From NCBI RefSeq assembly GCF_009914755.1, contig NC_060934.1: a stretch of DNA of 64,000 bases; one strand, given 5' to 3'. Shown in pieces: positions 14,192 to 27,429 of this stretch. Under the pieces are notes generated by a model, which was not told the DNA's origin, ran no database searches, and saw only the letters and a list, made by a program, of their open reading frames with translations. This DNA comes from the human T2T-CHM13v2.0 reference genome, Homo sapiens. The number at the start of each line of letters is the position of its first letter. The stretch's first letter is position 1. Made by a program: the position numbers and the translations under genes.

Positions 14192-14519
14192 TTTTTTTTT
14201 ATTATTTATTTATTTATTTATTTATTATTTTTATTTTTTTGAGATGGAGTCTCACTCTGTTGCCCAGGCTGGAGTGCAGTGGCGTGATCTTGGCTCCTGC
14301 AACCTCCGCCTCCCTGGTTCAAGCCATTCTCCTGTCTCAGCCTCCCAAGTAGCTGGGATTACAGGCATGCGCCACCAGGCCCAGCTAATTTTTGTATTTT
14401 TAGTAGAGACAGGGCTTCACCACGTTGGTCAGGCTGGTCTCGAACTCCTGACCTCGTGATCCGCCCACCTTGGCCTCCCAAAGTGCTGGGATTACAGGCG
14501 TGAGCCACCACGCCCAGCT
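14192..14519 (-). mobile_element. AluSg-like SINE with (TTTA)n tail
   Basis: cctgacctcgtgatccgccc diagnostic; TSD tcacatttt. Confidence 0.96.
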
Positions 14520-14736
14520 CACATTTTATTTTGTAGACATCTGCTTAAAATGTTGAACTTTCAATTGTACTCAGCAAGAATGCATCACGGAACTGTATTG
14601 TAGCAGCAGACTAGCAATGATACCTCATTTACTCTCGGATTCTCCTCTATATATCTGTTTATCAACTGTCATCTAGAAATTCAGAGTGCACTTTTTTACA
14701 CGTTAAAGCAATAAGGTTCCTAGATTGTGTTCATCT

Positions 14737-14990
14737 ATTTATTCATTCAACAGCTCTTTCATGAGTGCTAGTTGCCAGTATTTTTTAGTAAATGAAGCAG
14801 ATACAAATGGAGTCTTCTTGGAGCTTACAGTCTAGTCGGGTTAGATAGAAATAAAGTAAACAAATAAATCCATGATTTTAAATATGAAGAAAGAAAATGG
14901 GTGCAGAGACATGGGGTGTTAGTGGAGGGTGACAAAGGCCTTCTAAGATAGGATGATTGGGAAGACTTGTTAGAAAGGCTGAGGTCAGAA
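14737..14990 (-). mobile_element. L2 3'-end remnant
   Basis: ttcattcaac...ggagcttacagtctagt...aagtaaacaaataa resembles the antisense L2 3' end. Confidence 0.6.
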
Positions 14991-15885
14991 CCCAGAGGTC
15001 CTTGAAAGCCACATGAGGGACTGCATTTCTTTGGAACCTGATGTATTCTGTGGCCATTATTTGTATCATGGGTAGCTTGATCCTCAGAGCACCTTGCAGG
15101 CTGCTTTCTAGAATAAGGATTAGAAGATTAGAAATATGTGAACAAACTCCCTCCTCTACACGCTTTGACACATTCAGTATGGGTCCTTTTGCTTGCACGA
15201 TAGCCTCCTCGCCTCCTGTGGGTAACCAGAATGAGCTTAGGAGTTCCTGAAGGCCCTGTACCAAGGCGAAGAGTGATGTACATGCAAATAATCATTTACT
15301 ACATTCATTGTTATTGTTATTGGGATGAGGGAGTTGTGAATTTGAAGGTGAAAATCTTGCAACTTTCCTAGAGTTTTTGCGAATAAAATATGTTAATACT
15401 TGGCAGAGTATGAGAAATACTCTGGACCTTAGCTCTGCAATTTAATGACCAATACCTTGGATTATTTAAATATGTTCTACTCTACCTCCAAAGGGGGAGA
15501 CAAACACTGTGGCAGTGGCCACTGGAGCCTGGATATTATTATAACCCTCCCCCCGCAAAAAAAGGCTCTTAATTTTTTTTGGAAAAGTAATGGCATTTAA
15601 ATATATATATGTATATATATAATATTTTAAATATATATGTTTATATATATTATCCACAATACAATGTTTATATATATATATTATCTACAATCCGTATTGT
15701 TTCAGAAAAAGAAAGCATTAAAAAGAAATAAAACATGATAGAATAAATGATCGATAAATAACTACATGGGTCTTACCAAGTTATCCTCATTTATTCACAT
15801 TTTACTCTTTGGGAACTACTGCTTTACAAATTCTTTATTGTAGATCTAAAACATTTCTCGATGTCATAAATACCTTATAAGTATG

Positions 15886-16244
15886 TGCTACAGTTTGAAT
15901 GTGTCCTCCAAAAAGCATGTGTTTGAAACTTGACCCTAAGGCAGCAATGTTGGGAGGTGGGGCCTAATAAGAGGTAATTAGGCCATGAAGGTTCTGCCTC
16001 ATGAATGGATTAATGCTGTTATTGATGGAGGGGTTTCTGATAAAAGGATGAGTTCAGCTCCTTTCTCTTGCTCTCTCTTGCCCTTTCTTTGCCCTTCTTC
16101 CACAGCAAGAGTGCCCTAATCAAATGCTGCCCCTTCCATCTTGGACTTCCCAGTATCTAGAATCATGAGCCAATACATTTCTGTTCATTATAAATTACCC
16201 AGTCTGTGGTATTCTGTTATAGCAGCACAAAACAGACTAAGACA
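15886..16244 (+). mobile_element. MSTC/MSTD-like MaLR solo LTR
   Basis: tgctacagtttgaatgtgtcc...ataaattacccagtctgtggtattctgttatagcagcacaaaacagactaagaca; TSD GTATG/GTCTG. Confidence 0.9.
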
Positions 16245-16503
16245 GTCTGCAATCCACAAAAGTTATTTATAGGCAGCCACTTTCAAAAAAATATTTTATT
16301 AAAAAAAACCCTGCAAATTATTTGATTACTTAATATATTTCTCAATTTGTATCTGCTGCATTTAAGATGGCATATGATCACAGAGACAGGGTAGAAAAGA
16401 GGATTTATTTATTCATTCTGGATCTCTGGAGCCAGACTTCATTACCCTAGAAATAACAACAATTAAGAACTCTTATATCAACTGCCAGGACATTGATTTT
16501 CCT

Positions 16504-16588
16504 TGTTCCTATTCTGCAGAATCAATATATTGATTGTTCTTATATATAAGATGTATTGGTCAATGTATTGGTCTGCAGAATAGGAACA
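16504..16588. repeat. 85-nt inverted repeat (hairpin) with nested palindromes
   Basis: Outer arms tgttcctattctgcaga / tctgcagaataggaaca are perfect 17-bp reverse complements; central palindrome tcttatatataaga. Confidence 0.9.
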
Positions 16589-17087
16589 TATATGATATTC
16601 TGGGGGAAATTTCCACCTACAGTTTCCAAGGCAATCTGCTTATTTTGCCTCCTTGACTTTCAAAAACATTCCTTTTATTCCTCTATATGGTTTAAAAACT
16701 ATTGTTGGTGTTTTTCTTGTAATAAAAAACTCTAAGCCATCACAAGTTTTGTAAAATCTCAGTTACATAAGGGAACCAAATATGTGTTGAATTTGATAAA
16801 TGATGTCCTTCATATTGGACTAATTGGTAAGAGATCATTAAGTCAAAATAATCTAGTGCATAGACCTATGTTGAACTTTGGATTTTATGCTAGTTGTAAC
16901 AGAACACTGATGTGCTATTTGTTCATGCCTGTTCTTACTCATCTGATTCCAAGGAATATTTATTAACAATCTTTGGTCTCCAACTGAACATACGAATTCT
17001 TCTCATTATTGTCTTTCCCCATTGTCTCCATTCTTGCTCTCTGGAGTAATAAACTTTTTTTCCAGAGGAAAATCCAAGGATAACTTT

Positions 17088-18315
17088 TGTTCTTGTTTTT
17101 GTTTTTCTTTTTTAAAAAATAATTTCTAATTTTATTTTAGATACAAGGGGTATGTGTGCAGGTTTGTTACCTGGATATATTGTGTCTGATACTCAGGTCC
17201 TGAGCACAGTACCCAAGAGTTAGTTTTTCAACCCTTGATCCCCACCTTTTCCCATCTAGTGGTCCCCAGTATCTATTTTTGCCTTCTTTAGGTCTATGAA
17301 TACCCATCGTTCAGGTCCTACTTATAAGTGAGAACATGCAGTATTTGTTTTTCTGTTCCTGCACTAATTCTTATAGGATAATGGCCTCTAGCTGCATCCA
17401 TGTTGCTTAAAGGACATGATTTCATTCTTTTTCATGGTTTTATAGTATTCCATGGTGTATATGTAGCACATTTTCTTTATCCAATCCACCATCGATGGGC
17501 ACCTAAGTTGATTCTGTGTCTTTGCTATTGTGACTAGTGCTGCAATGAACATACAAGTGCAGGTGTCTTTTTGGTAGACACCAAAATGATGTATTTTCTT
17601 TTGAATATATACCCAGCAATTCCATTGCTAGTTGGTAATTCTGTTGCAAGTTGTATGGTAGCTCTGTTTTAATTTCTTTGAGAAATTGCCAAATTGTTTT
17701 CCACAGTAGCTAAACTAATTTACATTACCACCAACAGAGTATAAGGGCTCCCTTTGCTTTGCAACCTAGCCAGCATCTATTGTTTTTTCGACTTTTTTTT
17801 TTTTTGACAGAGTTTTGCTATTTTTGCCCAGGCTAGAGTGCAGTGGTGCAATCTCAACTCACCGCAACCTCCACCTCCCAGGTTCAATGATTCTCCTGCC
17901 TCAACCTCCCAAGTAGCTGGGATTACAGGCATGCACCACCATGCCTGGCTAATTTTTTATCTTTAGTAAAGACAGGGTTTCTCCTTGTTGGTCAGGCTGG
18001 TCTTGAACTCCCGACCTCAGGTGATCTGCCTGCCTTGACCTCCCAAAGTGCTGGGATTACAGGTGTGAGCCACAGCACCCAGCCTCGACTTTTTAATTCT
18101 AGCCATTCTGACTGGCATAAGATGGTATCGCATTGTAGTTTTGATGTGCATTTCTCTGACGATTAGTGGTGATAATCTTTTTTTTATATGTTTGTTGGCT
18201 GCTGGTATGTCTTCATTTTAGAAGTTTCTATTCAAGTCTTTTGCCCATTTTTAATGTAGTTGTCTGTTTTTTACTTATTCAACAGTAAGTTCCTTATACA
18301 TTTTGGATATGAGAC
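17088..18315 (-). mobile_element. 5'-truncated L1PB-like LINE, interrupted by an AluSp
   Basis: Antisense L1 3'UTR and ORF2 end; 14-bp TSD ccaaggataacttt at 17074-17087 and 18316-18329. Confidence 0.9.
17793..18084 (-). mobile_element. AluSp SINE nested in the L1
   Basis: Sp diagnostics (ggtcgggagttc...cctgaccaac..ggagaaaccc on the - strand); TSD tcgacttttt. Confidence 0.93.
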
Positions 18316-19049
18316 CCAAGGATAACTTTGACATAAGCTTTTTTTCACTTGTTTTCCCCTCCAGATTATTATTCATTTTTTCACCATTGAGTAATAATTT
18401 TAATTTTATATATTAATTAACTAAATTTATTATATTGCTGACAATTCTAAGCAATTGTATTCACATTACAGATTAGTGAAAAGAACTACGTAGATAAACT
18501 CAGGCAGAGGAAAGCTATGAGCAAATGAAACTTGTTTACTTTTACAAGCATTGAACTTTACAAGTATATGGAGCTCTAATGTAGAGTATTCGATTATTCA
18601 ATTGAGTTCCTTTTCTGATTTCTTTTGGACTTTTCATCTGAGATGCATAGGTAAATCAAGTGGTTCTAGATTATGTTATTAAGGTTTAATTAAACTTAAT
18701 GCCTATGTTCTCCACTAAACTATAAGCAGCATAAATGCAGAGACTATGGTTTTTTTTTTATATTGCTGGCTATATATTTCTTAAAATGAAATTCTCCTGA
18801 ATAAATGTTTTTAATGTCCTAATAGTGAATGACATTTAATCTAAAAAGGCAGCTGGTTGGCATTTCAACTGCAAAGACTTGGAAAGAGAATATTCTCCTT
18901 CTGTGAGTCTCCCCCTAAGGGTATCAAATACCAATAAGAAGTCCAAACTGGTCAATTTAATCATGTGATTTATCTCCTTGAAGGAAAGAAAAAATAAGTG
19001 AAGTGGTATCTTTTCAGGAAAGTGGTTCAACTTTTAGCTTTTTAAGGAT

Positions 19050-19186
19050 AAAGTATGATGGATAAAATTACCTGAAAATCTTCTACAGATTCCAAAGCCC
19101 ATGCCATATTCTAGACCAATTAAATCTGAATCCGGGCTGCAGTGCAGGATGTGATTCCAACATGCAGACAAGTCTGGGAACCACCA
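19050..19186. mobile_element. MER5B-like fragment
   Basis: aattacctg...ctagaccaattaaatctgaatc...gtgattccaacatgcag...ctgggaaccac. Confidence 0.5.
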
Positions 19187-19328
19187 AACAAGAGCAGATA
19201 CCACAAATTAGCCAAAATTTCTAAACTGATGGATGCACAAATTTAATCTTCCCCAAACTAAATATAATCTCTTTCTACTAAGTCTTATGTATAATTAGCA
19301 TTATATTCTAATCTATTGAATATAATAT

Positions 19329-19562
19329 ACCTTTATAATATATTCTAATATATAGAATATACTTTTATAATATATTCTAATATATAGAATATACTTTTAT
19401 AATATATTCTAATATATAGAATATACTTTTATAATATATTCTAATATATAGAATACACTTTTATAATATATTCTAATATATAGAATACACTTTTATAATA
19501 TATTCTAATATATAGAATATACTTTTATAATATATTCTAATATACATAATATATTCTAATAC
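19329..19562. repeat. AT-rich 32-bp minisatellite (6 full units plus partial units)
   Basis: Unit acttttataatatattctaatatatagaatat starts at 19329, 19361, 19393, 19425, 19457, 19489 and (partial) 19521. Confidence 0.96.
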
Positions 19563-19623
19563 ATGTAGACACACCCAATTTAATGCTTTGCATGGCATAG
19601 TTATGCAAAGCCTAGTTCTTAAG

Positions 19624-19995
19624 TGCGGTGGTCTCAATGTGTCCCCCAGAATTCATATGATTGAAGCTTAATCCCCAGTGCAACAGTGTTGAGAGCTGGG
19701 GCCTAATGGGAAGTGTTTATTTTATAAGGCCTCTGCCCTCATAAATAGATTAATGTTGTTATGAAAAGGGTGTGAATCACTGGATTCATCCCCTTCTCTC
19801 CTTCTCATTGTGAGGGTACAGTGTTTGTTCTCTCTTGCCCTCCTGCCTTCTACTATGTGAGGATGCAACGAGAAGGCCCACACAGGTGCCAGTACCTTGA
19901 TCTTGGACTTTGTAGCCTCCAGAACTGTGAGAAAATGAATTTCTTCTTTTTATAAATTGCCAAGTCTGTTATAGCAGCACAAATGGACGAAGGCA
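19624..19995 (+). mobile_element. MSTD-like MaLR solo LTR
   Basis: aatgtgtcccccagaattcatatg...ttaatccccagtgcaacagtgttgagag...ttggactttgtagcctccagaactgtgag...gttatagcagcac. Confidence 0.85.
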
Positions 19996-20589
19996 TTGTG
20001 CTTGCAGTCTGATTAATGATCTTTAAAATTGTGTAGATATCTCAACATGATGCAGCTTGTCCATTGCACTTTTGAAGATACTTTCTCTCAACACTTGTTT
20101 TGAAGCTGGGATAACCTGAAAAAAAAAAAAACCCCATAAAATTCTACATCAAATCAATGCAGCAGAAACCACAATATGAAGATTCCATATTTATATTTGG
20201 AACACGTATAGGTGCAACCTGTGAAACATTTTAAAAATCTCAGAAATTGTCTAGATCTGATATCCATTAAGGAAGAGAAATCTGGACACAGCCTACTTTA
20301 CTGAGATTGATTTCAACACAGGTAGAACTTTAGGAGTCACCATTTCAAAAACAGACTTAGGACTATTTGTTTCCCTACACTTTTCTGGAACATAAACCTT
20401 GCTGTACATGATGTGCAAAGTGGTAAGCTCTAAATTGACAGAAGTGAAATTCTTACATTTTGATCACTCTTTAAGGATAAATTGAAATACTTTATAGATT
20501 TCTAAAGTCTTGGCTTGGGCATGGTCATGTAGAGTACAGTGTGTTGCAGTTTGGACATTTCAGCTAATTGGTGTTACTTGCTTTTAATT

Positions 20590-20739
20590 CAGCGGTTCTC
20601 AGACTGGTCTGCACGTTGGGATCACACTCTGCATTCCATCTCAAAATCTGATTTAATTGGTCTAGAACGTGGCCTGGGGTTTGGAATTTTTCAAGGTCTC
20701 CAGGTGATTCTAATACACAGACAAATTTGAGAATCACTG
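20590..20739. mobile_element. MER5B hAT MITE
   Basis: Terminal inverted repeats cagcggttctca / tgagaatcactg; internal ctgatttaattggtct. Confidence 0.8.
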
Positions 20740-22669
20740 CTCTAGTTCAAAGGGATTTGTTAGGTCGTGGTGTGTCCCACTTTAAGCATGTATCAAATAC
20801 TCAGTGAAAGAAAAATAGAAATGCAGGTGTTATTTGAATATGAGAGGGAGGCCTCTCAATTACAACTGATTACTCCTAAGACCTTGCTTTTGTGAGTTGC
20901 GAATGTGCTATATTTGGGAATCAATGGTATTATTTTCCCATATTTGTTTTTTAGTTTTTAAAATGATATATAGATATACCAGGTTCTGTTTCAAAATGTT
21001 AACTGACATAAGTTACTCTAAACCTTCTGGACTGTCTCAGTTATACTAAGTCCTTCAGGGTCGTTTCTGAGTGCTCCTCTCCCTCTCAAATACTGGCAAG
21101 TCTTTTAGATTTTTTACAGCCTTTCTCATAACAGCCTCTTTCTCTTTTGCTCTTGTTGGTAACCCAGTATGAGCTATTATGAGTTTTATTCTTTGCCTAT
21201 TGAAATAGCTTCCAAACCAATGTCTGATTATAATTTGTACCTTCTCTGTTCCACCCTATTTTCTAGATTGTTCCTTCTAAGTCCACATTTAATCCATTGC
21301 TTCCAAGTCTCTCTTCTTTTACAGAATCAAGTTCAGACTTTCGGGACAGACATTCGAGGCTTTGTGCATTCTAATTTTGGCATATCAAACTGTCCTCAAT
21401 TCACATTACTCCTGTGTATGAGCTTTTGTTCTGGAGAGTTTCTGTATTACCTCTAGTTGATTTCTGCCCTTTTTCCTATGATCAGACCAGTGCCTCTGAC
21501 TAGAGTGACCTTCTCAAATTCTAAATCATTTTTCCAGGGCCAGGTTTAATGCTCTTACTTCTATGAACCTTATTTTTCTTACCTTTAAAACTGAATGAAA
21601 TTTCCTTTCTTAGAAGGCTTATAGACTGAGTCTTGTCTTTAGTTCAGCGGTTATCTTCTACTGGTTTGGAAAAGAGATATTTGAATATCTGTATCATCTT
21701 ACTAGGCTGCAGACTTCTAGAGAGCAAAGACTAGATCATAAATACCTACTTGCCCTTCATACCTCCCACATACATAATCCATGCATCATGAATACTTGTT
21801 AACTTAAATGCATGACATGTAAAAGAAATGCTTGTAAAAAAAATAGGCGATTTGACGGCATCTTCTTATATTGGACTATAGTCTCTTGAATGTTTTCCCA
21901 TATATTTCTTTTTCTTGGGGTCTTTCCAGCTAGTTCTTAGGAAAGTGAAAAGCTAATAATATTGATTCCCCTCCTCACCCCTGGGACTTTGCAAGACAGA
22001 ACCAAAAAAATAAAAAATAAATAAATAAAAAAAGAACAAATACTTCTTGGGCTGCACTGAAATAAAATCTCTTTTAGCTATCTTGTAATTTTTTTTACAA
22101 AGTATAAATGCCAGGTTTATAGATCGGAAAGAGAATATTTCTGCAAAATCAGCAAAACCATATTACGAAAATATTTGTCTGAAAATATCATTGGTAATTT
22201 TAAAACAAAACTGCTCAACAGATTGTGCTTTTTCTTCTTGCTTCTTTATTTTTAATAACTCACGAAAGGATTGCAAGCTCTCTTCTTTTGTTCTGCCCTT
22301 ATTTACCCTCCACATCAGCTACCTGACATTAAGTGAGTTGGCAACAAGGTTTTCCCTCTTCTAAGATGTGATCCTAGAAGAATTTATCATTTGAATTTGG
22401 CTTTTAAATTCTTATTTAGAAAGCAGTAGGAAGATTTACACTGCTAAAAGTTCCTCTATGCCAAATGAAGGCACTCTTAGAGATTATTTGAAAAAAAATG
22501 GATGCTACTTAAGAGTATTATGAAATAATGTCTCAACAAAGTGAAAATGGGTACAGCATCTCTTTGGGGCAGAGTGGCCATATAGTTACACGTAGCCAGA
22601 CAGCTCAACGGCTCAGGAACAAAACAAACAAACAAACAAGAAACAACAACAACAACAAAAAACTGGATG

Positions 22670-23510
22670 GCATTGTATTATACAAATGACCATGAATTCC
22701 TGCAGTTCCTTTTATAAGGAGATAGGATCTCTTTTCTCACCTCTTCAACCCAGGCCATGCCTTGTGACTTGTTCTGATGAAAACAGTGTGAAGTGACATT
22801 GTGTACCTTGTAGGCAATGCCTCAAGAGGCTGTACAGCTTCTTCTCTTACCCTTCTTAGATTCTGTCACTTTATGATGTGAACAAAATCCTCTGAAAAGG
22901 AATTTGGAGGAAAGAGACTTTATTCCAGTGAACAGTTTGCAAACCAAGGAGATGCAGCAGCCTCTGTTGTAAAACAAAGGTACATTCCAGAGAGCAAAGG
23001 GTAGGCTCAGGTTTTGTAGCAAAGATTCCTGCCACAGTTCCCAATCAGGTCTGTTTATGTAAATAAAGGGTCAAAAGTTGCTTAGCTCTGATTGGTAGAT
23101 ACAGCCGAGCCCTGACTGGTTTATACAGCTGAGCCCTGACTGGCTGAGAGAGGTGAGCGCTGATTAGTTGATTCAGGTGAGCTCTGAAAGTCCCCAAAAT
23201 AAAAAGGTGTGGGTTTCTGGGGAACTCCGAGTATGTGTTTGACCCCTTATCAGCCAATGGCCACTTGGCTCTATTTTAGATTTAGGCCCAGTTACCAACT
23301 TGAGATCTGCCGTGAAGAAATGGCTCTTTCAGATTCATATTTGTCCATTGTGAATAAACCCAAATTTAGCCCACTTAGAAATGAGACAGCAAATGGAGAT
23401 AGAGACCCTAAACATGTGACCAAGGCTGACTGGGACCAGCCAGGCCCAGCTGACATACCAACTGATTGCAGGCCAGCAGTGAACTCAGCTGACACTGTGT
23501 GGAATAGAAA
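22670..23510 (+). mobile_element. Old MLT1 (G/H/I-like) LTR split by an ERV1 LTR
   Basis: gccttgtgacttg...gaagtgacattgtg...cctcaagaggc upstream of the insert and gtgaataaaccc...cccagctgac downstream. Confidence 0.55.
22877..23348 (-). mobile_element. MER67C/D-like ERV1 LTR
   Basis: The - strand reads ...ctgaaagagcc...aactgggcctaaatctaaaatagagccaag...aataaagtctctttcctccaaattccttttca...ttgttcaca; has internal 24-bp CCAAT-type repeats. Confidence 0.7.
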
Positions 23511-23512
23511 GA

Positions 23513-23804
23513 ATTGGGCTTAGTGGTTTATGCCTGTAATCCCAGCACTTTGAGAGGCTGAGGCAGAAGGACTGCTTGAGGCCAGGGGTTCAAGACCAGC
23601 CTGGGCAACATAGTGAGGCCCTGTTTCTACAAAAAACTTTAAAAAGATAGCCGACCATGGTGTCATGTGCCTGTAGTCCCAGCTACTCAGGAGGCTAAAG
23701 TAGGCGAGCCTCCTGAGCCCATGAGGGCCAGGCTGCAGTGAGACACAATTGTGCCACTGCTCTCCAGCCTGGGCGACAGAGCAAGATCCTATTAAAAAAA
23801 AAAA
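23513..23804 (+). mobile_element. AluJ SINE
   Basis: Diverged two-arm Alu with J diagnostics (ctgggcaacatagtgag, ggctgcagtgag) and an A tail. Confidence 0.93.
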
Positions 23805-24137
23805 GTCACAGTGCTGGATTCTTCATGACAGCAAGGAAGATGTAGCAGCACATTACAAACCAGTCCAATTTACTTATAAATTTGATTCACTATTCAGTTT
23901 TTGATTCTTGAAATATCCATTCTCTATTACAAAAAGTCCCAAGCCACCTCTGTTGGTAGTCTACTGCTAAGTAACAAACAACTCCAAAACTTGATGGCTT
24001 AAAACAACTATCTCTGCATTCAGGATTCTTTGGATTGGTGAGGTGCCCTGGGCTGCATGCCCAGGCCATTGTGACCTTTTTTCTAGGAGGTGACAAAGCC
24101 AAATAAATTAGCCTTGTAAAATATAAAGAAGCGCTAA

Positions 24138-25000
<863 letters not shown>

Positions 25001-25069
25001 GCCTAATAGAAACAATCTGAGCAAGTGTGATTGTTTTTTGAGATCCTAAAAATTTTGATAACTACAAGG

Positions 25070-25315
25070 TACTGTGGAAGCGGAGAGAACATTGACTCTG
25101 GAGTTTGTATGTGTTATATAGAACTGGTTTTATATCCCTGGGATTTATGTAGTGCTAGTGAAGCTACTCCATATGTCTCAGCTTCAGTTTCTTTATTTTT
25201 AAAGTGGCATCTAATTCACTGGTTTGTTGGAAGGATTAAATATATAATATATATTATGTGCCAAGCAGAGGACTTGGGAATATCATAGGTACATACATGT
25301 TAGTTACACTTATTA
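25070..25315 (+). mobile_element. MIR SINE remnant
   Basis: ctcagcttcagtttctttattttt...gttggaaggattaaat resembles the MIR core. Confidence 0.55.
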
Positions 25316-25372
25316 CCCAGTTTTTGTAAATACGTGATTAATCATTTTCTTAGTTTTAAAAGAAAGGATCCA

Positions 25373-25646
25373 CACTGCATGTTCTCACTCTTGGTGAGAA
25401 GTAAACAATGAGAACACTTGGACACAGGAAGGGGAACATCACACACCGGGGCCTGTTGTGGGGTGGGGGGAGGGGGAAGGGATAGCATTAGGAGATATAC
25501 CTAAAGTAAATGATGAGTTAATGGGTGCAGCACACCAACATGGCACATGTATACATATGTAACAAACCTGCACGTTGTGCACATGTACCCTAGAACTTAA
25601 AGTATAATAAAAAATATATAAAAAAATAAAATAAAAAAATAAAATA
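25373..25646 (+). mobile_element. L1PA4/5-like 3'-end fragment, sense to PLXDC2
   Basis: L1 3'UTR with G-rich tract, ending tacccTAGaacttaaagtataataaa plus A tail; TSD aaaggatcca. Confidence 0.95.
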
Positions 25647-25878
25647 AAAGGATCCAAAAGAAGAAACAAGCACCAAAATCCCAGTATGGTAGATGGCAGG
25701 GATTGAGGCAATGGATTAAAGATGGAGAGAATGTAGAACCCTAATTCAATATTCTTGATACTTCTTGAAGCTTGCTGGAAATATTTTTACATAAGGGGAT
25801 GCTGAAACACAGAAAGTAAGTGACCCATTTCTTCTTCATTTTGGCATTCCAAGTATTATAGCATACCCAATTATGCAT

Positions 25879-26236
25879 TGTATTAGTCTGCTCTCATGCT
25901 ACTAAATAAAGACATACCCAAAACTGGGTAATTCATAAAGGAAAGAGTTCCACATGGCTGAGGAAGCCTCACAATCACGGCACAATCACGGCAGAAGGCG
26001 AAGGAAGAGCAAAGAGATATCTTACATGGTGGCAGGCAAGAGAGAGAGCTTGTGTGGGGTAACTTCCCTTTATAAAACCATCAGATCTCATGATACTTAT
26101 TCACTATCACAAGAACAGCATGGGAAAGATTCACCCCCATGATTCAATTACCTCCCTCGAGTTCCTTCCCATGACACTTGGGAATTATGGGAGCTACAAC
26201 TGGAGATTTGGGTAGGGATACAGCCAAACCATATCA
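25879..26236 (-). mobile_element. THE1B-like MaLR solo LTR
   Basis: tgtattagtc...cagccaaaccatatca; TSD TGCAT; internal 11-bp tandem duplication cacaatcacgg. Confidence 0.93.
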
Positions 26237-27116
26237 TGCATATATTTGTAGGTTGTTTTAAAAAATTAATTTGCTTTAAAGCTATGTTTTCTCTTTATTA
26301 CTGTTCTTTTTCTCTTCACATGTTCATCGTTCCTCAAAACAATGCCATAAACTTTGAAGGTGAGACAAACTAAGATAATATGAAATCTATTGTAATTTTG
26401 TTTTTGACTCTTAGTACCATGCATCCTGTTTTTTAAAAAAGGTCTTATTGTGCAAGACGTGAAAAAGTTGATTATGAGAATTTTTTATCCAAAAATTAAT
26501 ACATAAAGAGAGACTCCTTCAAGGTTTAGCTATACATTGTTTTACCATTTTGAAATATTATAAGTTTGAAAACAATCACCCAACATAGCATGTCCTCTTT
26601 ACCTGTCCTTCCTGTCAAGTTTTTAAAATGCAATCCCAGAATTTCAATTACATATATATGATTTCATTTTAGAGGTAGCTGTTAATCCCATTAGACAGAA
26701 ATATATTTGGATACTAGGTTTACTATTAAAAGTAACAGTATTTTCATAAAATTAGGTTGATTAAATATCCTCTGTATTCTCTTTAGGGTAATAATTCTCT
26801 ATGGTGGCATAATATATGCTATTAATGTTCAAATTAATTTATTTGATTGCTACTCTTTCTATGCTTGTTCTGTTTGAGACATATTTTCGTAATTAAAGTG
26901 ATATGCTTAGAGGCACATATAAAATTCAGTAAAAAGGGAGTTTTCAGAATATCATTTATTTGTAAAATTATTTTCCGATATCAAAGGCTACAGAACATTG
27001 CTCACTCTTTAAAGTCTGGTTTGAGATCTCTAATGTTTGAGGAGAATTCATGCTTCTATTAATGTTAATAGCATAAGAATGTAGAATGCCTGTTTTGTTT
27101 TTGTTGCCATGGTTTA

Positions 27117-27429
27117 TAATCATGTGATACATACAACATTTCTGTCAAGGACAGATTACATATATGACAGTGATTCTGTATTTTTACCGTAACTTTTCTG
27201 TTAAGATACACAAATGCTTACCATTGTGTTACAGCTGCTTACAGATTTCAGTACAGTAACCAGCTGTGCAGGTGTGTAGCCTAGAACAGTTGACCATCCC
27301 ACATAGCCTAGGTGTGAAGTAGATTATACCATCTAGGTTTGTGTAGGTACACTCCATAATGTTTGTACAATGATGAAATTCCCTAATGACACATTTCTCA
27401 GAAACTTGTCATTAAGCAACCCATGACTG
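27117..27429 (+). mobile_element. Tigger3a (MER7A) TcMar DNA transposon
   Basis: agatacacaaatgcttaccattgtgttaca...catagcctaggtgtg...ataccatctaggtttgtgta...catgactg. Confidence 0.88.

Noticed and set aside
19329-19562. CRISPR-like array of 32-bp palindromic units
   Set aside because: Units are head-to-tail with no unique spacers, there are no cas genes, and the context is a primate intron. It is a minisatellite.
15886-19995. Two same-strand MST LTRs as the ends of one provirus
   Set aside because: The first LTR has its own TSD, the two differ substantially, and the DNA between is L1/Alu/unique sequence rather than MST internal sequence.
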